From Candidatus Dojkabacteria bacterium (lineage in GTDB: Bacteria; Patescibacteriota; Dojkabacteria; SC72), in assembly GCA_041678505.1 (NCBI GenBank), contig JBAYOB010000001.1, positions 1,667-65,666 of the forward strand: a stretch of DNA of 64,000 nucleotides, written 5' to 3'. The notes beneath the pieces were generated by a model. That model made no database searches and was not told the DNA's origin. It saw nothing but the letters and a program-made list of their open reading frames with translations. The position numbers were made by a program, and so were the translations under genes. Positions 55,303 to 64,000 of this stretch are shown piece after piece; within the stretch, counting starts at the first letter, position 1, and the number at the start of each line of letters is the position of its first letter.

Positions 55303-58300
55303 CTAATTTGCATCATTAATGATAGAGTAGAATGCATGTAGAATGTATGTTAGTTTTTCTCCCTCTTCATGTTGTTCTGTGGTACTAGTAGTATTTAAGT
55401 CCGGATGAGCTCTTTTTAGTATATTGATATATACCTTACGCCAATCTTTAAACTGTGATCTCTGTTTTCTAATTAAAAAGATTTTTTCCGCTTCAGTAAG
55501 AGATGAAGGGCCATTATCTAGTAGTTTTGCAAGAATCTGTATGGGCAAATTCCTTACTGTTTCAAGAAAATTATATGACTGCTGTTCAATAGGGTCTGAA
55601 GAGTCTTTATTAAATCCCCAAAATGGGTCATATTTCTGTTCTGGTTGTTCATGTTCAGACTGTTCAGAGGATGCCGAGTCTCCATCTGTAAAGTTTCCTT
55701 TATATCTGAGATATTCCTGTATTATTGGAATTTTACTAATATAGTTTTCGTACATGTCTACATAAAGCCCGTTCCTTAGTCCAGGATTTCCATATCCTTC
55801 TGCTTGTGATTCGTATTCGAATGCTGGAGTTATTAAATCTCCTCCTTTAATCCAATTTCTATGCAGTCCAGTAGAAGTAATATTTCCTTCTTCATGAATT
55901 CCTCCTATCCAAACTCTACCTTTTGTATCCTTGTAGAGCGTGTATCTTAAAGAATTATCGTTAGAGGGATAGACTTCAACTGTAACTTCACCACCATAAA
56001 AAAGGCTCCTTTGACTCCATGTGTCAATGAGATTGGAATAGTTAGGAGACTCTTCTTCGGTAAGTACTAATTCTTCTGGAGGTACTTTTTCATTTGAGCC
56101 TGTTGTATAAGGGAAGTTCTTGAGTTCTCTAGGGTTTTCGTTTATCTCTTGATAATAAGAGTACTTCTCAGATTCCGTGTTATTTACCTGATTGTATTTT
56201 GTTCCTAGTCTTGCAGTACCGGCAAAAACGAATTCAGCATCATCTATTGCTAGAATAGAATTTTCATCCTTTGTTATCTCTGATAAGGCTTTACTTATTG
56301 GAATTGGAAGCCCAAGGCTTTCTTCACTCCATCCCTTACCATACCATCCAATAGAACTGTTATCATTTGGGTCAAGACTGTAGTAAGGCAATAGTCTCCA
56401 TGTGGCAGAAGAGTTGCTAAGATAATAAGATCTTGCATAAACCTTATCTTCCTGTTCTACATATGCTACAACAGCCAAGCGGTTACCCATAATTCTGTAT
56501 GCTGATGAGGATAACCATATTACAGAGTTTTCCATGTTTATTCTGTATTTTGGTGATAAACCTTTCTCTCTTAATATCTCTGCAGTTAAGGTTTTTCCCT
56601 GATATAGATCACCTTCTATTATTACTTTGTCTAATATTCTCTCTGCGTCATCACTTTCCAATGTATGGATACCATAAGCTATTTCACCTTGTGTAAAAGG
56701 AGAATCCTCCAAAACTTGTTCTGGAGTGCTACTTTGATACGATTGCTCAGAAGATGTAATTTCTTCATCAAGAGGTATATTTCCTACAAAAGAACCCGCC
56801 TCTTCTTCTTTTATACGTAGAATTCTTTGAGCTAACACTCTACTAGTTATTATTTCTCTTTCCTCTATAGGTTTCATTGTGCCCCACTCTACCCAAGTAC
56901 TGTTTTCCTTAATACCAGATTGTACTTTTTGGAATCCACCATTATTGCCATGAGGGAAAAGGTTTATTCTTCTTCTACCTCTTTGTCCGTCGGCAGAAGA
57001 GATATTATCTAGTACATTTGTAAGTACTTCTATTTTAGTGTCATTTTCTTGAGAAAGAAGTGTATCAACTAGGTCCTCTATCTCAATTGGTTGGCTATCC
57101 ATAAACCATCCTAAATTAGTAAGTGTAAAAGAGTGATTACCCATTATAAATATCTGTCCGTTAGGCATAAATTTATAGTTCTTATCTGTATAATCTTTTC
57201 CAAAAACCTGTGTAATAAGTATTTCTCTAGTGTATTCTTCAAGTAGAGGGTCTACAGGCTCAGGTTTGGGGATTTCAACATTTAATTCAGGTATAGATAA
57301 AATAGTTTCTCTAATAATTCTTCCTTCTTTAGCTGGGAAAAGAGATGCTATAGCTAAAGATGAAGTAATACCTAATGTGTTTAGTGTAAGATTGGGAGTA
57401 GTATCCACCAATGTTGTTAGGTCTATAGAATCTACAGTGGCTTCAAAATTAAAATTAATTCCAGGGGAACTTTGGGTTATCGTTTGTCCAGGGGATGAAG
57501 CAGGGAAATTAACAGGTAGCCCATTGTTAAGTTGTTGTAACCATCTCATTACTGTGGGAGAATTTGTTATTTCAAATTGTTCAGCAGGTTGTACAGGATT
57601 GTTTAGTCCAAATTCAGTTCTAATATTTGCATCATTAATATTATGCCCCCCTCCATCTCTATACAAAAAATTTTGTAACTCATGTTTTTCTCCCTGCATG
57701 TTAGGGTTGTACTCTTTTGCTACGGTGAGGATCTTATCGAGCAAGGATGGCACAGAATCTCCTGTCTCTACCTTAATAATGGAAGAGCTTGGTGTCCCTT
57801 CTGTGACAGAAATAGATTCAGATCCAGGGATACTAGATAGTTGTGCAAGGTTAATATTGTGTGCAGTACCGTTAATCTGAACAACAGTATCTCCGTTAGC
57901 TTGTATGTTTGAGATAGACATAGATGCTGTGGAACCATCACTCATTGATGCTTTCAATGCACCGGTCAATTGTGATTGATTCATAATGGAAAGGTTCCCA
58001 CTACTGTCGGAGTGAATTATTCCTACTACTTCTCCCTGTTGTCCTACTATTGTTCCCATTATTCCTGTATTTGAACCTGTAAACTCAGAAACAGATACTT
58101 TCCCAAAGCCAGGGTTTTGAATTTCAAAAAGTTTTTCAGCCCCAACAGTGTTCTTAGCATAGAATTCATTAGTATTAGGGACATGTACTAAATCAGCAGC
58201 CCCATCTCCATCTAGATCGATTAGATTTACATCTCTCCCTGTGTGGTCTTTGTATTGGGACACATTTGCATTTTGATTATTTAATGCATTTCTATACTGA

Positions 58301-59943
58301 TCTCGTACTAAGTTTTGATTCTTTTGAATTTCTATTTGCCCTACTCCCGAATGGATTAATTTCCCAGCAGCAATAGATGTAAATGTTAAGTTTGCAAGAG
58401 TATTTCCTGTTTTGATCCCTAATGTCTTGTTGACTAAATCAAAGTAGGTGCTTCTTTCATTAGAAAGTAGGTTCTCTACATCAGTTGCTTCCAAACTTAC
58501 AAATTTGGTTATTATCTCTACTGCAAGTTTTTTCCTGTCATCTTCAGCACTGTTGTTCCATGCCTCAGATGTTAAATTGATAAGCTCTTCATTATCAAGG
58601 GTATCTATAAAGCTTTCGATATTAATACCTATAATTTCCTCCATAGGGTATTCCTGAGTACTTGTTGGTAAATCACGAAAACCTATATTAGTTATATCTA
58701 CTTCCTTTCTGATGTCGTTTCCTTGATTATCTTTTTCTGTATAATGTACATATTTATATTTAGGATCACCTGTTTGTTTATATAGATAGTTAAGTGCGGC
58801 TATAGCTGTTTTCTGAGCTGTTTTTACTTCATCTGGAGATAAATTGGGATCTTGTATGTCGCTAATAACTTTACTGATATCTATACCCTCTCTCTTAACA
58901 TACCCTAAATTTTTAAGTTTGTTATATCTTCTCTGTTCAAAGGAATTCAAATACGAATCTAATAGTTCTTGTTGCTTTTTATTTAAATCACTTTCTAGTT
59001 TTGCTTGCATCCCAATTTCTATTGCAGTAGAACCTACTACCATAGCGATAGGTAATGCTGGTCCTACACCGGGTATTAAAGCAGGAAGTAACATTCCAGC
59101 ACCTCCCTTCATAAGACCTGATACCGCAAGACCTGTAGCTACTCCTTTTAAAAACCCCTTATCTTTTATCAATTCAGAAACAGTTTTCCCTTGTTCTTTA
59201 GCTGATATTTTCATTCCTTCATAGACTTTATATGCAGTGTAACCACCAAGCCCTAACATTATGGCTCCAGCTCCTATGGCCCCTGCAGGTCCTAGGGTTG
59301 CTATGGCTAAGCCTGTTCCTTTTGCTACTGCAAGAGAACCAGCTACAGATATTCCTATTTGGGATACTAAACCCTTCCATCTCTGTCCTGAAAACATTCT
59401 CTTAATAGTTGCAAAATATCCATTATTTGTTTTACCAGCCTCTTCGATTTCTTTCTTTTCTTCTTGCGAAAGAGGAACTAGAGCATTTGCTCTTTCTACG
59501 ATGACCGTATTTATTTGTTCTGTTTGATTGGATATATCTTGTTCAGGAGTGTCTTGTTGCTCCTCCATAGGTCTAGGATCTCCGGTCAAAGCAATATCTA
59601 CAGCACTTCTTATTAAATTAGAGTCAGAACTTTCCTCTGGTATAGCTGTGTTTGTTTCATCAGGAGTATCTTGTTGCCCCTCCATGGGTCTAGGACCTCC
59701 GGCCATAGCAATATCTATAGCACTTCTTATTAAATTAGGGTCAGAACTTTCCTCTGGTATAGCTGTGTTTGTTTCATCAGGAGTATCTTGTTGCTCCTCC
59801 ATAGGTCTAGGACCTCCGGCCATAGCAATATCTACAGCACTTCTTATCAAATTAGAATCAGAGCTTTCCTCTGGTATAGGTGTAGAGATATTTCCTTCAG
59901 AAGGAGTCTCGTCTTCTCTACTGTTTCCTATTTCTGGGTCCAT
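55303..59943 (-). CDS. Giant (1546 aa) repeat-containing membrane-associated protein, hypothetical. It has N-terminal tandem 39-aa repeats, Gly/Ala-rich hydrophobic helices and a C-terminal J-domain-like segment.
   Basis: It is an uninterrupted ORF. The N-terminus carries three copies of the 'NTAIPEESSD.NLIRSA.DIAMAGGPRPME.QQDTPDET' repeat. Hydrophobic stretches include 'GISVAGSLAVAKGTGLAIATLGPAGAIGAGAIMLGLGG'. The C-terminus reads 'YINILKRAHPDLN...EKLTYILHAFYSI', which contains an HPD motif. Confidence 0.55.
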   Translation of the reverse strand: MDPEIGNSREDETPSEGNISTPIPEESSDSNLIRSAVDIAMAGGPRPMEEQQDTPDETNTAIPEESSDPNLIRSAIDIAMAGGPRPMEGQQDTPDETNTAIPEESSDSNLIRSAVDIALTGDPRPMEEQQDTPEQDISNQTEQINTVIVERANALVPLSQEEKKEIEEAGKTNNGYFATIKRMFSGQRWKGLVSQIGISVAGSLAVAKGTGLAIATLGPAGAIGAGAIMLGLGGYTAYKVYEGMKISAKEQGKTVSELIKDKGFLKGVATGLAVSGLMKGGAGMLLPALIPGVGPALPIAMVVGSTAIEIGMQAKLESDLNKKQQELLDSYLNSFEQRRYNKLKNLGYVKREGIDISKVISDIQDPNLSPDEVKTAQKTAIAALNYLYKQTGDPKYKYVHYTEKDNQGNDIRKEVDITNIGFRDLPTSTQEYPMEEIIGINIESFIDTLDNEELINLTSEAWNNSAEDDRKKLAVEIITKFVSLEATDVENLLSNERSTYFDLVNKTLGIKTGNTLANLTFTSIAAGKLIHSGVGQIEIQKNQNLVRDQYRNALNNQNANVSQYKDHTGRDVNLIDLDGDGAADLVHVPNTNEFYAKNTVGAEKLFEIQNPGFGKVSVSEFTGSNTGIMGTIVGQQGEVVGIIHSDSSGNLSIMNQSQLTGALKASMSDGSTASMSISNIQANGDTVVQINGTAHNINLAQLSSIPGSESISVTEGTPSSSIIKVETGDSVPSLLDKILTVAKEYNPNMQGEKHELQNFLYRDGGGHNINDANIRTEFGLNNPVQPAEQFEITNSPTVMRWLQQLNNGLPVNFPASSPGQTITQSSPGINFNFEATVDSIDLTTLVDTTPNLTLNTLGITSSLAIASLFPAKEGRIIRETILSIPELNVEIPKPEPVDPLLEEYTREILITQVFGKDYTDKNYKFMPNGQIFIMGNHSFTLTNLGWFMDSQPIEIEDLVDTLLSQENDTKIEVLTNVLDNISSADGQRGRRRINLFPHGNNGGFQKVQSGIKENSTWVEWGTMKPIEEREIITSRVLAQRILRIKEEEAGSFVGNIPLDEEITSSEQSYQSSTPEQVLEDSPFTQGEIAYGIHTLESDDAERILDKVIIEGDLYQGKTLTAEILREKGLSPKYRINMENSVIWLSSSAYRIMGNRLAVVAYVEQEDKVYARSYYLSNSSATWRLLPYYSLDPNDNSSIGWYGKGWSEESLGLPIPISKALSEITKDENSILAIDDAEFVFAGTARLGTKYNQVNNTESEKYSYYQEINENPRELKNFPYTTGSNEKVPPEELVLTEEESPNYSNLIDTWSQRSLFYGGEVTVEVYPSNDNSLRYTLYKDTKGRVWIGGIHEEGNITSTGLHRNWIKGGDLITPAFEYESQAEGYGNPGLRNGLYVDMYENYISKIPIIQEYLRYKGNFTDGDSASSEQSEHEQPEQKYDPFWGFNKDSSDPIEQQSYNFLETVRNLPIQILAKLLDNGPSSLTEAEKIFLIRKQRSQFKDWRKVYINILKRAHPDLNTTSTTEQHEEGEKLTYILHAFYSIINDAN
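59543..59893. repeat. Three tandem, near-identical 117-bp direct repeats encoding the N-terminal 39-aa repeats of the giant protein
   Basis: Copies start at 59543, 59660 and 59777 ('tcaggagt.tcttgttgc.cctccat.ggtctagga.ctccgg...'). Only a few substitutions separate the copies. Confidence 0.8.
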
Positions 59944-59965
59944 TACTTAAAAATCATAAATTATA

Positions 59966-60442
59966 TTATTCCCCATTAATAATTCTATCTACCCCTTCAT
60001 AATCTCCAGCTTCAAGTAACTCTTTTGCCTTATCAATCTCTTGTTCAGATAATTGCGATATTTTAATATGTAAGTCTTTTGTATTTACTATCTCTTCTAG
60101 TGTGTCTTTTATCAACGAATCCATTATTTCAGAGTTTATAGTTTCCAAATCTTTATTTGTCTTATTTAATAGAAATTTATTCAATACAAGCAGTTGTTGC
60201 GCACTATTTGCTCCAGAATCAACAAAATCTTTCCATTTGCTAAATTCTTCATCATTCATTAAGGCACTTATTTTTGCTAATGTTTGCTTAATACTTGTAG
60301 TAGACAAGCTAAAAACGAGAGTTTCTATCTGTTCATCATTGAAACCTAGATTTTGAAGATTGCTGGTGAAAGTCTTTAACTTTTCCTCTAGAAGGTCACT
60401 ATCTTGTACGAGAGAAGATAGACTTTGTTGGGCAGAATCCAT
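59966..60442 (-). CDS. Small acidic, predicted all-helical protein (158 aa), hypothetical. It lies 22 bp upstream of the giant ORF and is co-directional with it.
   Basis: It is an ORF with coding-like composition and is rich in D/E/L/K with no TM segment. Confidence 0.45.
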   Translation of the reverse strand: MDSAQQSLSSLVQDSDLLEEKLKTFTSNLQNLGFNDEQIETLVFSLSTTSIKQTLAKISALMNDEEFSKWKDFVDSGANSAQQLLVLNKFLLNKTNKDLETINSEIMDSLIKDTLEEIVNTKDLHIKISQLSEQEIDKAKELLEAGDYEGVDRIINGE

Positions 60443-60546
60443 ACATTACTTTTACCAAATTATACGTAAACATATAGTAGTAATTAAAAAGGGAAAAGTC
60501 AATAAAAACATATTAAAATGATGACTAACATACTCTTAAAAACACA

Positions 60547-62559
60547 CTACTGTTTTCCAATAGCTTTGAAAGAGGTGTTCAACACATTTTCTTTCTTAAC
60601 GACATTAAATCTTACTATTTCTTGAATAGCTTCAAAACCATGTTTAAACCATCTCATCTTTTTACCCTCTTGCTCTGTTCTTGGATTATAGTAAATATCT
60701 AGTTCTTTAACATTAAGTTTCTTTTTATTTACTTTTCTGTAACTTGCAAATTTAGCGGTAGATTCAGGTTCTAAACCAAAGTTTGTAGTAGATACTAAAG
60801 AAGAGAAAACATCTCTTACAATATCCCCTCTACCCATCTTGTAACAGGTCTCCATATCTTTTACTCTAAAACCTTTTGAGAAAGTAAATAGATTAGAAAC
60901 AGTAGTAACAAACTTGTTTCCTAAAAGATGAGTTTTGTTTATAAAGGTATTACCTTTGTTAAATCTGTTACCGTATATTAAATCGGTGTATGGTTGAGTG
61001 ATAAAGATATCTACAAATCTTGCCAAGTCATTAGGTTTGTATTCTAAGTCAGCATCCTGTACTACTACGAGGTCTCCCGTACTATGTAATACTCCATGTT
61101 TAACTGTCTGAGATTTTCCTAAGTTCTCATGGTTATGTAAAAGTTTATATTCAGAATCATTACTATTTGCTCTCTTTACAAAAGATTTTACTAATTCAGC
61201 TGTACTATCAGTAGATTTATCATTAACTATTATTATCTCTTTTGTAATACCGTTGGATAGTTCAATGTCATTAACCTTTTTAAGAAGTTTAAGTATAGTG
61301 TTCTCCTCATTGTAAACAGGTATGACGATTGAAAGTTTACTTATATTCTCAGCGTAAAGATGATCATAGAAGATGTTTTCATAATATTTATTAACCATAG
61401 CTTTGTTAGAGAAATTCTCTTTTGTTAATATTGCAATACTATTATGCATATCTTTCTTTTTACTATCCTCTATTGCCATAGCTAATCTCCTAGACATATC
61501 GGCAGCATTTCCTCTAACAAAGATATATTTTTCTGTTCCTGTCGTTCTTGCTATTTCTCTGTTACTTGGTGCATTAGAAAGAACAGGAATATTACCAAAA
61601 GCACAAGCTTCTAAAATACCTAAAGCTAATCCTTCGCTTAGAGAGCTGTTAACATAGATTTTAGATTTTCTCAGAAGTCTAAAAAGATCCTCCTGCTTTA
61701 TAAATTTGGGGATAATCTCAATATTCTTAGGAAGATTTTTGTATTTCTTTAATGATTTACCCTCACCAATTAATACAAATTTCCAATCTGGATATCTTTT
61801 GGCAATCTTTCTGTATCCTCTTAAAGCAGTACTAGGATCCTTTACCTCTATCCATTTAGCTGCCCACACAACGATATTTTCTTTCTTTCCTGAATCATTC
61901 CTTATCTCTTTAGAATCATGCCCGTTGTATATCACATCTATAGCATCTCTCTCAATATTAAATGTTTTTGATGCCCATTTTCTTCCTGTTTCTGATACAG
62001 TTATTACATTTTCTGCAAATTTAGGAACAAACTTAAATATATTCCCATCTGCCCATTTTGCTAATTCTGTTGTAAATTTAGTACTAAAGAATGCATTTCC
62101 TGCATTATGCTCAATAACGGTATATTTATGACCTAGTACTATACAAAGTAATGCAGCAATAATGCTACTTGTTACATGTCTACTATGGATAATTACCTTT
62201 GCGTTGGTGTTCTTTCTTAAAAGATTGAAAAGATGTATTGTAAATCCAATGCCAAATATAGGGTATGTGCCATTAAAGATGTTTTTAACTTTAAAACTAT
62301 TTAATTCGAAACCATCTATAGTTGTTCTATATTTCTTGTCAGAACCGAATACTGATATACAACTAAGGCCTTTTTTCTGTAATCCTGATACAAGATTGTA
62401 AGCCATGTTCTCCAATCCCCCTACCCTAGGATAGAAGAAATGAGAGATTGATATCAAATCATATTTATTTTTCTGTTTTTTATCAAAAATCTTCATAGAA
62501 ATGGTGTCTTTAAAGTATTTTATATAATCTAACAGTACTACATTATACCACAAAAACAC
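60547..62559 (-). CDS. Bifunctional glycosyltransferase: an N-terminal GT4 (GT-B) domain fused to a C-terminal GT2 (DPM1-like, GT-A) domain
   Basis: The GT4 motifs are 'ISHFFYPRVGGLENMAYNL' and 'SLSEGLALGILEACAFGNIPV'. The GT2 motifs are 'LSIVIPVYNEEN', 'IIIVNDKSTDST' and 'VVVQDADLEY'. The likely true start is ATG 62496 (MKIFDKK). Confidence 0.7.
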   Translation of the reverse strand: MFLWYNVVLLDYIKYFKDTISMKIFDKKQKNKYDLISISHFFYPRVGGLENMAYNLVSGLQKKGLSCISVFGSDKKYRTTIDGFELNSFKVKNIFNGTYPIFGIGFTIHLFNLLRKNTNAKVIIHSRHVTSSIIAALLCIVLGHKYTVIEHNAGNAFFSTKFTTELAKWADGNIFKFVPKFAENVITVSETGRKWASKTFNIERDAIDVIYNGHDSKEIRNDSGKKENIVVWAAKWIEVKDPSTALRGYRKIAKRYPDWKFVLIGEGKSLKKYKNLPKNIEIIPKFIKQEDLFRLLRKSKIYVNSSLSEGLALGILEACAFGNIPVLSNAPSNREIARTTGTEKYIFVRGNAADMSRRLAMAIEDSKKKDMHNSIAILTKENFSNKAMVNKYYENIFYDHLYAENISKLSIVIPVYNEENTILKLLKKVNDIELSNGITKEIIIVNDKSTDSTAELVKSFVKRANSNDSEYKLLHNHENLGKSQTVKHGVLHSTGDLVVVQDADLEYKPNDLARFVDIFITQPYTDLIYGNRFNKGNTFINKTHLLGNKFVTTVSNLFTFSKGFRVKDMETCYKMGRGDIVRDVFSSLVSTTNFGLEPESTAKFASYRKVNKKKLNVKELDIYYNPRTEQEGKKMRWFKHGFEAIQEIVRFNVVKKENVLNTSFKAIGKQ

Positions 62560-62583
62560 CCCATAGTAAATCTCGCCCTAAGG

Positions 62584-63987
62584 CTAGTTAGGTACGACTA
62601 AAAGTCTGAAATTGCTGTCTAAATACACAATTTCATACCCTTTTGAAAGGAGAAATAAACCTAATTCCTCAATATCAGGTATTCCATAATTATTATTTAT
62701 CTCATACTCATACATAGAGTTTAGCCAAGGAATATTATCTTGGTTCACATATCTCTTTTTTGAGTAGATTCTGCTAGAAAGAAGGATACACAGGTTGTTC
62801 CTTTTAATATCTCCTGCGATTAAGAGTTCTTCATATGTTCTTTCTTTTGGTGAATTTACAAACTCTACAAGTGCTTCTCTTGTTTTTAGCTCCTGATAAT
62901 GTCCTCCAGCAGTTTGATAATCTGTATAGCTTGCTACTATTAATTGGGTATATGGATCAGAAACTATTTGACAATCATATTTGTTGTTTTTTAAATGCAT
63001 AACTATCCCATTATCATCATTTGAAATAGCAGATATTTTACCCGTATTTTGAGTATAGAAAAGGTTGTATTTTTGTGAGTTTAGGAGATAGAAAGGGAGA
63101 GAAGAGGTAAAGAGAATAGAAAGGATAGTTATAGCAAGTATTTTGTTTGTTCTTAAGTCTAAGAGAAGTAAACATATGAGTAATATCATAAAGACAGTAC
63201 TTCCAAGTAAAAACTTGTTTGCATATGTAGGGCCTAAAAAGAAAAGAGATAGAGATACTGATATGTAAAAAATTGCGAATAAAGAGATGTTTCCTTTGTC
63301 CTTTTTCTTAAAGATAAAATATACAGCTGCAATAATTAGTGGTATTAAAAGAGGACCGTACTGTGTGGCTAGGAACTTTAAGTTATCAGGGAAATAATAG
63401 TTACTTAGATACCCTATCTGCTCTATATCTTGAATTTGTAGTAACTTTTCAATACTAAATCCTCTTAAGTTGGCAAAAAAAGTAATAATTACACTTAAAA
63501 AGGATAGTAGTGTAAATGTTTTAGCTAATCCGAAGTTTTTAGGTTTGCTGTGTGGATTGAATACAGTAATAGAAATTATTGAAAGTGCAGTGAAGAGAGG
63601 ACCGAATATGAAGTGTGTAGATATTAATATTGGTGTAACTAGGAGGACCTTTTTCCAGTTTAAGTTTTTTTCTAAAAGAATATTTAAGAAAAGGAAAAAT
63701 GTAAGTGTTTGAGGAAGAATGAAGTTAAAAGAGTGTGCGCCTATTTCAAATACAAAAATAGCTGATAATGATGCTAAAAAGGAGATTGTTTTGTCTTTAA
63801 TATGTCTGTTTAAGAAGAGAGAGATAAGTAATGAGGAAACAGCAATAAAGGCAATGTTTAAGGATACTTCTGCTATTCCAATATTTAGGTTTGATCCTAC
63901 TGTATGTACTGTTTGGATGGTGTGGTAATATGTCGTATATCCAAGTTTTTTAAACAAAGAGGAACATTGGTTTGGTGTTATACACAA
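62584..63987 (-). CDS. Polytopic membrane protein (~9 TM) with a C-terminal soluble domain. It may be a GT-C-type glycosyltransferase or polymerase/ligase-like. Its 5' end may extend beyond the window.
   Basis: It has many hydrophobic helices. The frame is still open at the window edge and the apparent start codon is TTG. Confidence 0.35.
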   Translation of the reverse strand: MCITPNQCSSLFKKLGYTTYYHTIQTVHTVGSNLNIGIAEVSLNIAFIAVSSLLISLFLNRHIKDKTISFLASLSAIFVFEIGAHSFNFILPQTLTFFLFLNILLEKNLNWKKVLLVTPILISTHFIFGPLFTALSIISITVFNPHSKPKNFGLAKTFTLLSFLSVIITFFANLRGFSIEKLLQIQDIEQIGYLSNYYFPDNLKFLATQYGPLLIPLIIAAVYFIFKKKDKGNISLFAIFYISVSLSLFFLGPTYANKFLLGSTVFMILLICLLLLDLRTNKILAITILSILFTSSLPFYLLNSQKYNLFYTQNTGKISAISNDDNGIVMHLKNNKYDCQIVSDPYTQLIVASYTDYQTAGGHYQELKTREALVEFVNSPKERTYEELLIAGDIKRNNLCILLSSRIYSKKRYVNQDNIPWLNSMYEYEINNNYGIPDIEELGLFLLSKGYEIVYLDSNFRLLVVPN

Positions 63988-64000
63988 ATTGCCATCTGTC

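Noticed and set aside
59528-59950. Plus-strand 140-aa ORF (and neighbours 59261..59527 and 59788..59979) with internally repeated sequence
   Set aside because: It is the mirror image of the minus-strand giant ORF's tandem repeats. The giant ORF spans it uninterrupted on the opposite strand.
1-64000. Alternative genetic code (UGA recoding, as in some CPR lineages)
   Set aside because: ybeY terminates at TGA exactly where homologs end, and long ORFs show no in-frame TGA dependence. The standard bacterial code fits.

Overview
This is a low-GC, gene-dense bacterial chromosomal segment. It looks like a CPR/Patescibacteria-type genome: small genes, rpsU present, and an archaeal-type AMP-salvage pair. 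Standard genetic code is used; ybeY ends in TGA, and TAA and TAG stops also occur.

Most genes are on the + strand in recognisable housekeeping operons:
- surface protein, rpsU, yqeY, ybeY, a small Cys-rich protein, pth
- a short mfd
- dnaX-ybaB-recR
- cysS-rnhC
- GT2 synthase, a sugar-nucleotidyltransferase, an LPKTG protein, cca
- a beta-CASP RNase
- R15P isomerase and AMP phosphorylase
- ychF
- a TPR protein
- rpsF-ssb-rpsR
- two hypotheticals followed by ctpA-htrA
- prmC-prfA-rpmE on the - strand
- csoR-like, dnaB, lgt, rluD
- an LCP-like protein and a TraG/VirD4-like ATPase
- yebC-ruvCAB

There are two tRNAs, Ser-TGA and Leu-CAA. I found no CRISPR array and no rRNA.

Regions worth a second look:
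- a four-gene minus-strand cluster of paralogous secreted or C-terminally anchored surface proteins next to tRNA-Ser
- two proteins carrying sortase-type sorting signals
- a membrane TraG/VirD4-like coupling ATPase
- a tyrosine recombinase abutting a 1546-aa repeat-containing giant membrane protein with a J-domain-like C-terminus; it is preceded by a small acidic protein and followed by a GT4-GT2 fusion and a polytopic GT-C-like membrane protein

All calls come from reading the translated ORFs and the nucleotide sequence by eye. No database searches were run.
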